Source of the DNA: Tubiluchus corallicola | Lineage: Eukaryota; Animalia; Priapulida | Length of the DNA stretch: 64,000 nt | Direction of reading: 5' to 3' | Assembly (NCBI GenBank): GCA_030141605.1 | Contig: JAQGDQ010002369.1 | Span: forward strand, 682,001 to 746,000 | Translations under genes and position numbers: made by a program | Notes under the pieces: model-generated | Database searches by the model: none | Told to the model about the DNA's origin: nothing | Seen by the model: the letters and a program-made list of their open reading frames with translations, nothing else | Shown here: piece after piece, positions 19,684 to 28,836 of the stretch | Layout of the letters: each line of letters opens with the position of its first letter | Numbering within the stretch: the stretch's first letter is position 1

Positions 19684-20241
19684 ATGTTGATGCGTTGGAT
19701 ATTGCTTTTTCTCTGTACAGCAGCTTTTTGCGAGGACTTTCGTTCGTTAAAGGATGTCTTTCAAAAAGATTATGCCGATTTTAATCTGGCCCTCCCCTCT
19801 TCTTCCGACTATGTGGTCGAAAAAATTGACTTTGCCCAATGTCCATCATTCTATGTCTTCGGCAATGAAAAAAAGGTCCAGCATCTGAAAAAGACTTTAG
19901 GAAAAGAAGCTGCAGATCCCAAAGATACTTTCATCGCTTTTTTTCCCCATGAACTGGATGAAGAAACTAGTCAGAATATTTCCCAGCTGGTCGATGTGAT
20001 CGGCATGCAGCTCCAGAGCCTTGGAGGCGAAGTATCAAGGGAAAAGACAACTTGTGGAGACTACCCGGTCCATCTCTTTACGTTAAAGACAAAAGAGGAA
20101 GATGGAACTTATCTGAGCTACATCGCCCTCGTTGATTTTTCACCAAAAAAGTTCTGCCTGCAAATGAATTTTTCCTGTCGGGAGAACTCGGGAGATCCCC
20201 TCCTGGAAGTCTGGAATCGACTCATTAAGGAATCGAAATGA
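19684..20241 (+). CDS. exported hypothetical protein
   Basis: Short signal peptide (WILLFLCTAAFC); RBS AGAGG. Confidence 0.65.
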   Translation: MLMRWILLFLCTAAFCEDFRSLKDVFQKDYADFNLALPSSSDYVVEKIDFAQCPSFYVFGNEKKVQHLKKTLGKEAADPKDTFIAFFPHELDEETSQNISQLVDVIGMQLQSLGGEVSREKTTCGDYPVHLFTLKTKEEDGTYLSYIALVDFSPKKFCLQMNFSCRENSGDPLLEVWNRLIKESK

Positions 20242-20481
20242 TACCATTCATCAGAATGAATCTTACATTTTCAAACATTGATTATCCTCATCTGCTGCGT
20301 TAATCATCATTGCAAATATCACAAGAATATTTACTGCAGACGATCTCCTTGCATCTGAGGCGCTCAACGTTCCAAAATGCAAAAGATTAATTTCTGACGA
20401 AAGGTATAAAACCCTTTCCTTTTTCTTTTCGCTCTTTTATATCGGAACAGATTTACTCATCTCTAACAAAGGAGGTCGGAG

Positions 20482-20655
20482 ATGGAAGATTCAAGAAGAC
20501 CTTTGTCCCGAAAAAACGAAAACAAGAGGAAAAACTTTCTCAAAGTCGAGTTTATTAGGCCCTATCTTCGAAAAGAATCCTTTCAGATTCGACCCTTCTT
20601 CAGGCCCCGGAAGAGGGAATCAAGAGCTACTTTTCAGCCACAGACTGATGGTTGA
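20482..20655 (+). CDS. small Arg/Lys-rich protein (57 aa), absent from the ORF track
   Basis: Perfect RBS AAAGGAGGT; MEDSRRPLSRKNENKRKNFLKVEFIRPYLRKESFQIRPFFRPRKRESRATFQPQTDG; terminator follows immediately. Confidence 0.65.
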   Translation: MEDSRRPLSRKNENKRKNFLKVEFIRPYLRKESFQIRPFFRPRKRESRATFQPQTDG

Positions 20656-20668
20656 AAGTTGAATGTCC

Positions 20669-20698
20669 GCCCTCTCATTTGAGAGGGCTTTTTTTTTT
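20669..20698 (+). terminator. intrinsic terminator
   Basis: GCCCTCTC-ATTT-GAGAGGGC followed by T10. Confidence 0.9.
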
Positions 20699-20736
20699 AC
20701 GATTGTATTTGTTAGATTGAAAATTGAGGTATTTCT

Positions 20737-21036
20737 ATGGCAAAGGATGCAGCTTCCAAGTTTATTAATGTCAAAGATGATGTAGTGATCAACCTCGAGG
20801 CCCTTCAGAACAGGGTCAACGAATGCATCGATCTTGGAATGCTGGACAACGAGAGCATGTTGTATAACGAGATCTATACTCTTCTCGAAGATGTTGGAGC
20901 GGTCCATACCTATCCTGAACTGGCAAAGATCATCATTCGGGGCCAAGAGATAGAACACAATATCGATGCTTGGATGAGCGGCAAGGGCTTTACCACCATT
21001 TCATTGGATTGGCCTGATCTTCCGAAAGGAACGTAA
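20737..21036 (+). CDS. acidic hypothetical protein
   Basis: 99-aa ORF with GAGG RBS; stop overlaps the next start. Confidence 0.7.
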   Translation: MAKDAASKFINVKDDVVINLEALQNRVNECIDLGMLDNESMLYNEIYTLLEDVGAVHTYPELAKIIIRGQEIEHNIDAWMSGKGFTTISLDWPDLPKGT

Positions 21037-21776
21037 TGCATGTTACTGTTTTTGATGTTACTCTCTATACACTGATTCCCTTTACTGTGATGATCGTGGG
21101 AGGGATTTTAGCTTCTCTTTACGTTCCCTCTCCTAAAGTCTCAAGCATTGCGCAGCACTTTGTTGCGGGTATTGTCTTTGCAGCGGTTGCCATCGAACTG
21201 ATCCCGGAAATCTCTCATAAATCTCCTCTCACTGTATCGATCGGGTTTGCGATCGGAGCTCTTTTCATGCTCTGTTTGCAAGGCTTTTCCTCTTATATGG
21301 AGAAAGGGGAAGAAGAAGGAGAATCGATCTCTTATGGGATGCTATTTGCTGTAGGAGTCGATCTTTTTGTCGACGGGCTATTGATCGGAGTTTCTTTTCT
21401 GGCCGGGAAAGATACGGGGATATTGATCGCTATTTCTCTCAGTTTGTGTGCTCTTTTTTTAGCAATCACAACAGCTACCTCCCTTGCAAAAAAGGGACTA
21501 CGGTTTTTTTCAGTTCTTTTCTGGATTGTTCTATTGGGTATTATGCTTCCGATCGGCGGCTTGGTTGGAGGCACTATCCTTCATTATTTTCCGGCTTCCA
21601 TACTTACGGAAACTATTGCATTCGGCGTGGCTGCTCTGCTTTTCTTAGCGGCTGAAGAGCTGCTCGTCGATGCGCATGAAGCGAAAGGACAGTCCTTGGC
21701 TCACAGCTCCCTTCTTTGTGGGCTTCCTCGTGATTCTTCTGTTCAACATGTAATTTTCAATAGACACGGCGGATGA
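21036..21776 (+). CDS. ZIP family metal transporter
   Basis: QHFVAGIVFAAVAIELIPE, VDLFVDGLLIG, EELLVDAH; the C-terminus looks frameshifted. Confidence 0.85.
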   Translation: MHVTVFDVTLYTLIPFTVMIVGGILASLYVPSPKVSSIAQHFVAGIVFAAVAIELIPEISHKSPLTVSIGFAIGALFMLCLQGFSSYMEKGEEEGESISYGMLFAVGVDLFVDGLLIGVSFLAGKDTGILIAISLSLCALFLAITTATSLAKKGLRFFSVLFWIVLLGIMLPIGGLVGGTILHYFPASILTETIAFGVAALLFLAAEELLVDAHEAKGQSLAHSSLLCGLPRDSSVQHVIFNRHGG

Positions 21777-21798
21777 ATATATAGTATTTATTTTACCC

Positions 21799-22104
21799 AT
21801 GTCTTTAGAAAGGCTTGAAAATCCAGGGTTAAATTTCTATCAAGATCGCTACATTCCTTTGCATATTGATGAGGAGGGAGAGTGTGTTTATGTCGACTTG
21901 CAGGGAAAGGATCTTTCATTGAGGGAGAGAGAGTCTTTTGATGCGGGAGATGAGATAGGAAAGCTTTATCAGATCATCGTGCATGATGCATGGAATATTA
22001 TTCGTTGCGAGGCACCTGAAGGAAAGATGTTGGAAGGTAGAGTGATTTCTATCTTTATTCCCGATGACCGGAACTCTCAAATCCGCTATCGTGCTTTCAG
22101 TTAG
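21799..22104 (+). CDS. hypothetical protein
   Basis: 101-aa ORF filling the intergenic gap. Confidence 0.55.
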   Translation: MSLERLENPGLNFYQDRYIPLHIDEEGECVYVDLQGKDLSLRERESFDAGDEIGKLYQIIVHDAWNIIRCEAPEGKMLEGRVISIFIPDDRNSQIRYRAFS

Positions 22105-23318
22105 ACAGATTCTTTTTCCAAATCCCAGATTACAGTATTCCCTTCGACCCTCACATACTTCTTTTTGATTTCATAATCGCTCAGTTCACTGGAGAGAATT
22201 TCATCGAGCTCTTTGAAAAGTGCTTTGTTCTTGTTCAGAACATGAAAATACTCGGTTGGGCCTGTCACATTTGGAATGCATTTTTGTGCTGAGATTATCA
22301 GGAATCTCACTATGGAAGTGATTCTCATTTTAGGGAAGGTAGATGCGACATAGTGAAGATCGACCTCTTCCATGAATCTTTGAAACCGCACCTGGTCGTC
22401 AGAGCCCAGTCTTTCAAGAATATGGGAGACTTGCACGAATCTTTTTAGGGTGTCTTTTTCGAGTTTCCAGCCCTCGGAAGGGGTCGTCTTTGCATTTTTC
22501 ATTTCAGGAACACAGAGACGGAAAAGCCGCTGATCCTGGAGCCAGGAAAGGAATACGTCGTGATTGGGGCGATCCGCGTAGGAAAGAATGGTCGATGTAT
22601 TGTCTTCATAAAGAGCACTTATGTCTTTGCGGAAGCAATTGATCTCGAGAAGACTTAGAAGTGCCAGCATTTTAGATGTGGGAACTTCATCGGTATAGGT
22701 ATTGATGAGGTCCCGGACTGAATGAGGACTTACTTCACCAAGGAAAGTTTCAGCCGGCATAGAGTGTTGCCGAACCCAGTTTTTGATCTCGGCTATCTGC
22801 GTCGAGTTGAAATTCAGTTCTCCCAAGATGTAATGAAAGATCGGCACTCCTGCCGATTCGTGGGATTGTCTGGATTTTGTTACAACCCACCCAAAGTCCC
22901 TTGCATAGATCATCAGATAGAATAGCTTCTTTGTCTCCTTATCATCGTATATTTCCTTTGCGATATTGCAGATTTTTTCAAAGGAGGTGTAGGAGACATT
23001 GGGGCATCGTTCGTGAAACCAGATCCAGTCATTTTCGACAAAATGACGGAAGCTCTGAGCCAGCATACAGGCATTATCGGCAACCGTATTCCAGGAAGTC
23101 GGAGTTTCCGATCTTTGGGTCTCGGAGCCCATATCCCAGTAGTGTTTGAATGTGCGGCTATGATGATAAAATTCACCAAGAAAAGGATATAATTCTACCG
23201 GAGACAGTCTTCGTAGTTTTTCCACAGGAGTCAGATCAGTACCGCGAGGCGGCAAAGAATATTCTGCAGTCTTGTACGTCGTTGACGGCATAGGTGTGAT
23301 AGGAATGACAACGGGCAT
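22101..23318 (-). CDS. hypothetical protein with degenerate HD-domain-like segment
   Basis: LMIYARDFGW...SHESAG..I...L..LNF...I..WVRQH resembles HD-fold motifs, with RD in place of HD. Confidence 0.6.
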   Translation of the reverse strand: MPVVIPITPMPSTTYKTAEYSLPPRGTDLTPVEKLRRLSPVELYPFLGEFYHHSRTFKHYWDMGSETQRSETPTSWNTVADNACMLAQSFRHFVENDWIWFHERCPNVSYTSFEKICNIAKEIYDDKETKKLFYLMIYARDFGWVVTKSRQSHESAGVPIFHYILGELNFNSTQIAEIKNWVRQHSMPAETFLGEVSPHSVRDLINTYTDEVPTSKMLALLSLLEINCFRKDISALYEDNTSTILSYADRPNHDVFLSWLQDQRLFRLCVPEMKNAKTTPSEGWKLEKDTLKRFVQVSHILERLGSDDQVRFQRFMEEVDLHYVASTFPKMRITSIVRFLIISAQKCIPNVTGPTEYFHVLNKNKALFKELDEILSSELSDYEIKKKYVRVEGNTVIWDLEKESV

Positions 23319-23438
23319 AATCTATCCTAAAAACAAAGGGAGGAGTGAGAATAATCCTTTCCTTTGTTCTCGTCAGCATCAAATAATCATTTGTCGAAGT
23401 ATTGTCAAAAACCCGTGCATTTGGGATTGTAACAATAT

Positions 23439-24686
23439 ATGCGCAAACATCTTTCATTCATTACTGTACTTCTGGTAGCACTGATCGATTATATGGGGAT
23501 TGGGCTGGTCTATCCCCTCTTTGCATCCCTGTTATTTGATCCGGAACTTTCTTTTCTTCCTGCAGATTCATCTCATGCTTGGAGAGGAGCTATATTAGGC
23601 ATATTGATCTCCTTGATGCCCCTTATGCAGTTTTTCTCGGCGCCGATCTTGGGTGTGCTCTCTGATCAAAAGGGAAGAAGAAAGATCCTGATTTTTTGTT
23701 TAGCAATCGGCGTTATTGGGTATTTTATCTCCGTGTTGGGGGTTCTTTATTCGAGTCTTGCGGCTCTGTTGATCTCTCGGATTGTGATTGGGATATCAGG
23801 GGGAAGTGCTGCCGTAGTCCAAGCAGCAATTGCCGATTTCAGTACGAAGGGAAACAAAACGAAAAATTTCGGTCTGTTCAATATGATGATTGGCCTGGGC
23901 TATACGATCGGTCCCTTTTTAGGAGGTAAACTTGCTGATCCCAATTTTTTTGGAGTGGGAGAATTTTCGCTTCCCTTCCTCTTTGGCCTCGGTGCCATTT
24001 TCCTCAACCTTCTCTTTGTCTACTGGTACTTTAATGAAACGCTCAAAACGATCCGGCCTGCCTCTGTCCATTGGGCAATGAGTCTTTCCAATGTAAAAAA
24101 AGCCTTCAGCATGAAAGGGGTTAGAATTCTGCTTCTTTGCGCATTCATCTATTCTTTTGGCTGGTCTTTTTTCTTTGAGTTCATTCCTGTCTTTTTGATC
24201 GGCGAATATGCTTTTACACCACCGGAAATAGGTAACTTCTATGCCTATGCCGGACTAGTGTATGCAGTAAGTTGCGGCTTTTTGATTCGACCGGTGATCC
24301 GTAAGTTTTCATCTGAAGCTATTCTTTTCACGTCTTTGATCATTGCAGGGTTTTTAATGCTTGTATTCCTGTGGATCGAGCAGCCGATCTTTCTTTTGGC
24401 CTATCTTCCCTGTCTTCTCTTTTTCATCGCTTTGGTCTATCCGACCATGACAGCGATGGTCTCTAATTGGGCGGGAGAAGAAAAACAGGGAGAAATGCTA
24501 GGAATAATGCAATCGGTCCAGTCGATTGCCTTTGCCGTCAGTCCCCTCTTTTCGGGCACGATCGTGGGGTTGTATATCACTATGCCAATCATCCTGGGAG
24601 GCAACTCAATGATCCTGGCAGGTCTTGTCTTTGGCGCCTTTCTTTGGCTGGCTTCTTCTGTTAAAACCGAAAAAACAAATCATTAG
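23439..24686 (+). CDS. MFS transporter, TetA/DHA1-like
   Basis: GIGLVYP, GVLSDQKGRRKIL (motif A), SRIVIGISGG, GYTIGPFLGG. Confidence 0.9.
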   Translation: MRKHLSFITVLLVALIDYMGIGLVYPLFASLLFDPELSFLPADSSHAWRGAILGILISLMPLMQFFSAPILGVLSDQKGRRKILIFCLAIGVIGYFISVLGVLYSSLAALLISRIVIGISGGSAAVVQAAIADFSTKGNKTKNFGLFNMMIGLGYTIGPFLGGKLADPNFFGVGEFSLPFLFGLGAIFLNLLFVYWYFNETLKTIRPASVHWAMSLSNVKKAFSMKGVRILLLCAFIYSFGWSFFFEFIPVFLIGEYAFTPPEIGNFYAYAGLVYAVSCGFLIRPVIRKFSSEAILFTSLIIAGFLMLVFLWIEQPIFLLAYLPCLLFFIALVYPTMTAMVSNWAGEEKQGEMLGIMQSVQSIAFAVSPLFSGTIVGLYITMPIILGGNSMILAGLVFGAFLWLASSVKTEKTNH

Positions 24687-24798
24687 TTTTTTAACTTAAT
24701 AATAATATAATAATTAAACTTTGTTTATTTAGTATTAATCAGTTTAACTGTACAATTATAACTAATTTTATAGTTTAATGCCCTTAAAAGAAGGGAAC

Positions 24799-26052
24799 AT
24801 GGGTACTATTAATCCACCTAATCAGATCTTTGTCGGCCGTTTTGAAATGGGAGGAAAGTCCTATAAGGTAAAGCTTTCCTATCCCAATGCTCGTGACTTG
24901 CTCGAAGTCTCTCTCGCCGCTGCAGAGAAAGCCATGCAATCTTTGATCCAAAGTATGCAGGGTGTCAATCCTTCTGAAATTGAACGCATTTCTCTAGGTG
25001 GAATCCAAATGAAGGATGGAACCGTAAAAGAACATGAAGGTTATGGCTGGAGCGATTTCTCTAGAAGAGTGACTACTGATCTCAATCGACAAATGATTCC
25101 CTGGGGCCAAGAGGGACATCAAATGCATTTTGAGGATCCGCAGCATTGGAGAACCGATTTGTCTTTTATCCGGTCCGATCCCCTTTTTCAACGTTTGGAA
25201 AAAAGAGAGCCTCACCGCACCTTTGAAAGTCTTCAGCAACTGGAACAGCAGCAGCTTCAAAGTGTAGAAAAAGAAAATTATGAAGCAGCATCTTGTGTAG
25301 ATCGGTTCATGATGGACAAAGGTTATAAAAAGAAAGCGAACAAGTCGACTCCGATTGGGATTCATTTGAGTACAAAACGACGTGAAGATTACGAGTATTC
25401 CGTTCAAGTAATGGATTCTCTCATAGATTTATCAGAAAAAGAGATTATGATCGGAGGGTATCGAGTTCGGTGTGATCCAATCTTTTTTACCGATCAATTC
25501 AATGCCTGGAATCGAATGGAGAAAGTTCTTCCTGAATGGTTGAATGGAAGAGAAGAATCAGAAGAAGCTTCCTCTATAGGAAATAAATCCTTTAGAGAAT
25601 ATGCAGCTGATACCCTTCGTAGAATACCAGATGGAATCAGGGCTAAACAGATACGCGATACCTTGGAAGAATTGGATAAGACAACTCTTCCTGAAGAACG
25701 GGTGTTATGTAGAGCCTATCTTTGCCAACTATTGGACCTTCCGATTACTTACCATTGCCAGAGCTGTGTCGATCGAACCTCTATTGCCGTAGCTGTAACA
25801 CTTGCTGCCGACCAATGGTTGAAAACGAAAAAAACTCCAATGGTCGATGGGAAATTCTGTATTACAGAACTGCTTCAGAAGGAGAAGTTCAAAGAGCTCT
25901 TTGCAGGTCATGTCCATCCAGGGCTTATTGTCGGCGAATATTCCCGTGGGAAGAAGGGACTAAGGTTCCAGAAGGGAGTCATTCAAAATGAACAGGTACT
26001 TCGTTTGCTTCCAAAGAGGTATTTAAGAGATTTTTCAATGAGTGATTTGTAG
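24799..26052 (+). CDS. CX5R phosphatase-like protein (SopB/IpgD-like motif)
   Basis: TYHCQSCVDRTSIA motif; probably continues by frameshift towards about 26190. Confidence 0.65.
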   Translation: MGTINPPNQIFVGRFEMGGKSYKVKLSYPNARDLLEVSLAAAEKAMQSLIQSMQGVNPSEIERISLGGIQMKDGTVKEHEGYGWSDFSRRVTTDLNRQMIPWGQEGHQMHFEDPQHWRTDLSFIRSDPLFQRLEKREPHRTFESLQQLEQQQLQSVEKENYEAASCVDRFMMDKGYKKKANKSTPIGIHLSTKRREDYEYSVQVMDSLIDLSEKEIMIGGYRVRCDPIFFTDQFNAWNRMEKVLPEWLNGREESEEASSIGNKSFREYAADTLRRIPDGIRAKQIRDTLEELDKTTLPEERVLCRAYLCQLLDLPITYHCQSCVDRTSIAVAVTLAADQWLKTKKTPMVDGKFCITELLQKEKFKELFAGHVHPGLIVGEYSRGKKGLRFQKGVIQNEQVLRLLPKRYLRDFSMSDL

Positions 26053-26220
26053 GCTCTCTATTTGAGTTAAGGCTCTCAGGGTTGCAGAGCATCCAGCATA
26101 TTTTCCCGGAAAAACAGATCGATCTCTCCTCAGATGAGGTCGGAGAGCCCCATTTGCGCTTTTCGAAAAAAAATCCTCTTTTGAAGTTTCTGATTCTAAG
26201 TAACTTAGAAATACCCCCTC

Positions 26221-26249
26221 TTGACAAGGATTCAAAAAATACCTATAAT
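26221..26249 (+). promoter_or_regulatory. perfect sigma70/sigma66 consensus promoter
   Basis: TTGACA-N17-TATAAT, 20 nt upstream of ATG 26270. Confidence 0.85.
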
Positions 26250-26269
26250 GTACTTAGAAGGCAGGTATT

Positions 26270-26818
26270 ATGAGCGTATTTGAGACCAATAATTACTACA
26301 AGGTTACGGCCGTTAGTCACATAGAGGACTCAACGGAGAGTAATCGCTCCAAGAAGAAAAAGATCACTGAGAGGCTGAAAGCCATCTCAGACGATTTTAA
26401 GAATGCTCTTATGGACCTATCTTCATGGGTGGACTCATACGCTTTGGTCGAATCGACCAAAGGGGAAAATTTGGGGCTTTCCAAAAGCCGTCTGATCGGC
26501 ATTTCAAAGCTTATGAATCATGCCTATTGCGATTTGATCGGTTATATCGAGACCCTTCCAAAACCAAACGATCTCGAGATAGCCGAAGAAATGATGGATC
26601 TGGTCAAAACCCAGTTTTTGACCCGGATCGGATATCTCACCTTCAGTCAGCAGCCTGGCTGTCCTGAGTTTTCTTTGGGTCTCATCCTATTTTCCCTGGA
26701 TCGAAAGAAAAGGGAAGAATTGGGAACCATTATCGAGCATCTCTACGAAGAGATCCCAGAAAAAAACTGGAAGGAAGCCATAGACATCCTGAACCAGTTA
26801 ATCATCGACCTTCCGTGA
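26270..26818 (+). CDS. hypothetical protein
   Basis: 182-aa ORF behind a consensus promoter. Confidence 0.7.
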   Translation: MSVFETNNYYKVTAVSHIEDSTESNRSKKKKITERLKAISDDFKNALMDLSSWVDSYALVESTKGENLGLSKSRLIGISKLMNHAYCDLIGYIETLPKPNDLEIAEEMMDLVKTQFLTRIGYLTFSQQPGCPEFSLGLILFSLDRKKREELGTIIEHLYEEIPEKNWKEAIDILNQLIIDLP

Positions 26819-27517
26819 CAATAATACAGCAGCACTTTGAGAAACATTTAAAGAATCGATCGATCCTTTCATTGGGATTTTTACGATATGATCAGCCAGT
26901 TTTCGGATGATGGGCTGCACTCCTTTTCCTTCCGATCCCATGACCAGGACTGTCTTAGAAGCATACGAAAATTCATGGACGTTTTTAGCATCAGATCCCA
27001 CATCGGCAATGACGATCTCAAACCCTTGTTTCTTGAGGTTTTTCAATGTATCAGCAAGGTTTGAAACGATAAAATAGGGAACAAGTTCTGATGCTCCCGA
27101 ACTTGTTTTGCTGACAACAGGCGTCATAGGGCATCCTCTGTTTTTCGACCATAGAAGCGCATCGACTCCAAAACATTCAGAAGCTCTGAAAATGGCTCCC
27201 ACATTTTGAGGATTGCTGATGCGGTCCAGGGCTAAAATCAAGGCTGATTCTTTCTTCTCAAAGAAAGAAAAGAGATGGGGAATCTTTTTTGGTTTCATCT
27301 CAGCGACAAACGATTGGTGAGAGTGGGATCCTACGAGTTGCGCGAGTTTTTCTTTGGAGACAAACCGGCAAGGTACCCTTCTTTTTTGAGCCGTTTCCAA
27401 AAGAGAATTCTTTCTTCCTTTTGTAGAGGCGACTGTGTAAAGACAGAGAATCCTTTCGGGAAACTTTTTCATCGCTTCAGTAATCGAGTGAATTCCCATG
27501 ATGTAGTAGTTCTTCAT
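26798..27517 (-). CDS. rlmB: 23S rRNA 2'-O-methyltransferase, TrmH/SpoU family
   Basis: LDRISNPQNVGAIFRAS, VMGSEGKG, IPMKGSIDSLNVS. Confidence 0.9.
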   Translation of the reverse strand: MKNYYIMGIHSITEAMKKFPERILCLYTVASTKGRKNSLLETAQKRRVPCRFVSKEKLAQLVGSHSHQSFVAEMKPKKIPHLFSFFEKKESALILALDRISNPQNVGAIFRASECFGVDALLWSKNRGCPMTPVVSKTSSGASELVPYFIVSNLADTLKNLKKQGFEIVIADVGSDAKNVHEFSYASKTVLVMGSEGKGVQPIIRKLADHIVKIPMKGSIDSLNVSQSAAVLLSRKVDD

Positions 27518-28690
27518 AACTTGATCACCATTGCTGAAATGTTATCTGTAGAGCCCGATAAATATGCAGCCTGGACCAGTTTTTGCGCAATCTCGCAAGG
27601 AGATGAACCGTCGTTTTCTACTGCTTCGACAATCTGTCTGGTGGATGCTACATCCCAAAGTCCGTCGCAGGCCAGGATTAAATGGCTACCCTTCTCAGGA
27701 ACCTGAATGATTTTAGGCCGTGGAGATGTACATCGGTGTTGATCGGCACCTACAATTGTGTGATCTCCAATCGATCTTGCTACAGCCAACCTTCCATTTA
27801 CTCGAGGTGTATCAATGAAAGGAAAGAAAGTGACGAAACCGCCCCTTTTTTGTACTCCTTTCCGGTACTTGTCCATGCCCGGTTTGGCATCTTCAGATAA
27901 TTGAACCGGGGTTCCTTCATCGTTTAACACTGTTCTTGAGTCCCCTACATTGGCAACCCAGATCTTTCCAGCGAAAATAAACGCTATTGTTGCAGTGGTT
28001 CCATCCCTTCCTTCGTAGTCTCGATCCAATTCCACAAAAGCCATTTTTAGCGCATTGAAAATTCCCTCGTCTGTTGTTCCGAATCGATCGAGGTTTCTCG
28101 TCAGATAGGTTTGTAAATTTTTTCGGACAAACACGGAGGCTTTGGCTCCACCATGTCCATCGAATACACCAAATAGTTTTACCGGTTGGTCTTCATACTG
28201 AAACTCTGTCATCAGATGATCATCTTCCATCGTAGCTCTTCTGCCTTGAAGAAAGGCTGTTCCTGCACGGAGAGAGACCTCTTCTTCATAGGGGATTTCC
28301 ATTTGCAGGGGTTCGTAAGTGAATCGTTCTACATCTTTTTCCGAGGCCATCTGCAATTGGGCATCTTGGAACTCCTTCTCCAATTTTCCCTCGACCCTAT
28401 CCCCGGAAACAATCCTGAATTCCCGAGAGATATAGAAAGGGGAAGGTTCTTCTTTTTAAAGGAATTTCTTGATAAGAAGTTTGCGGAAAAGGCACACCGG
28501 AAGAAAAGGTCTAAAATGATATTGAAGATCGGGATCCATAGCAAAGAGCTCCGCAAATCAAATGCACGGCCTTGTCCCCTATCGTAGCAGCTTTAGATGC
28601 TTGATCAAACTGGTCTAACCCATCCCGATAGGGAAGATCAAGGAAAACTCTGTGATTAAAATAATTATTTGGTTGTTGAATTAACTGCAT
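27514..28690 (-). CDS. PP2C/PPM Ser/Thr phosphatase with frameshifted N-terminal extension
   Basis: QGRRATMED, GVFDGHGG, VANVGDSR, RVNGRLAVARSIGD, LACDGLWD, STDNIS; upstream ATG 28690 with RBS, joined via frameshifts. Confidence 0.85.
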
Positions 28691-28772
28691 TTTTACCCTT
28701 ATTTCGACGTAGGATAATAGCTTAAGGTCTTAAAGAGAATATAAATGAACCGATAGCATTGTTTTTAATAAT

Positions 28773-28795
28773 TCTTAATAAAAATACTTTATAAT
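28773..28795 (+). promoter_or_regulatory. TCTTAAT-N10-TATAAT promoter-like motif
   Basis: Exact motif 41 nt upstream of ATG 28837. Confidence 0.55.
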
Positions 28796-28836
28796 AATAA
28801 GAATTATTAACAAATCACATAATAGAGAGTAATAAT

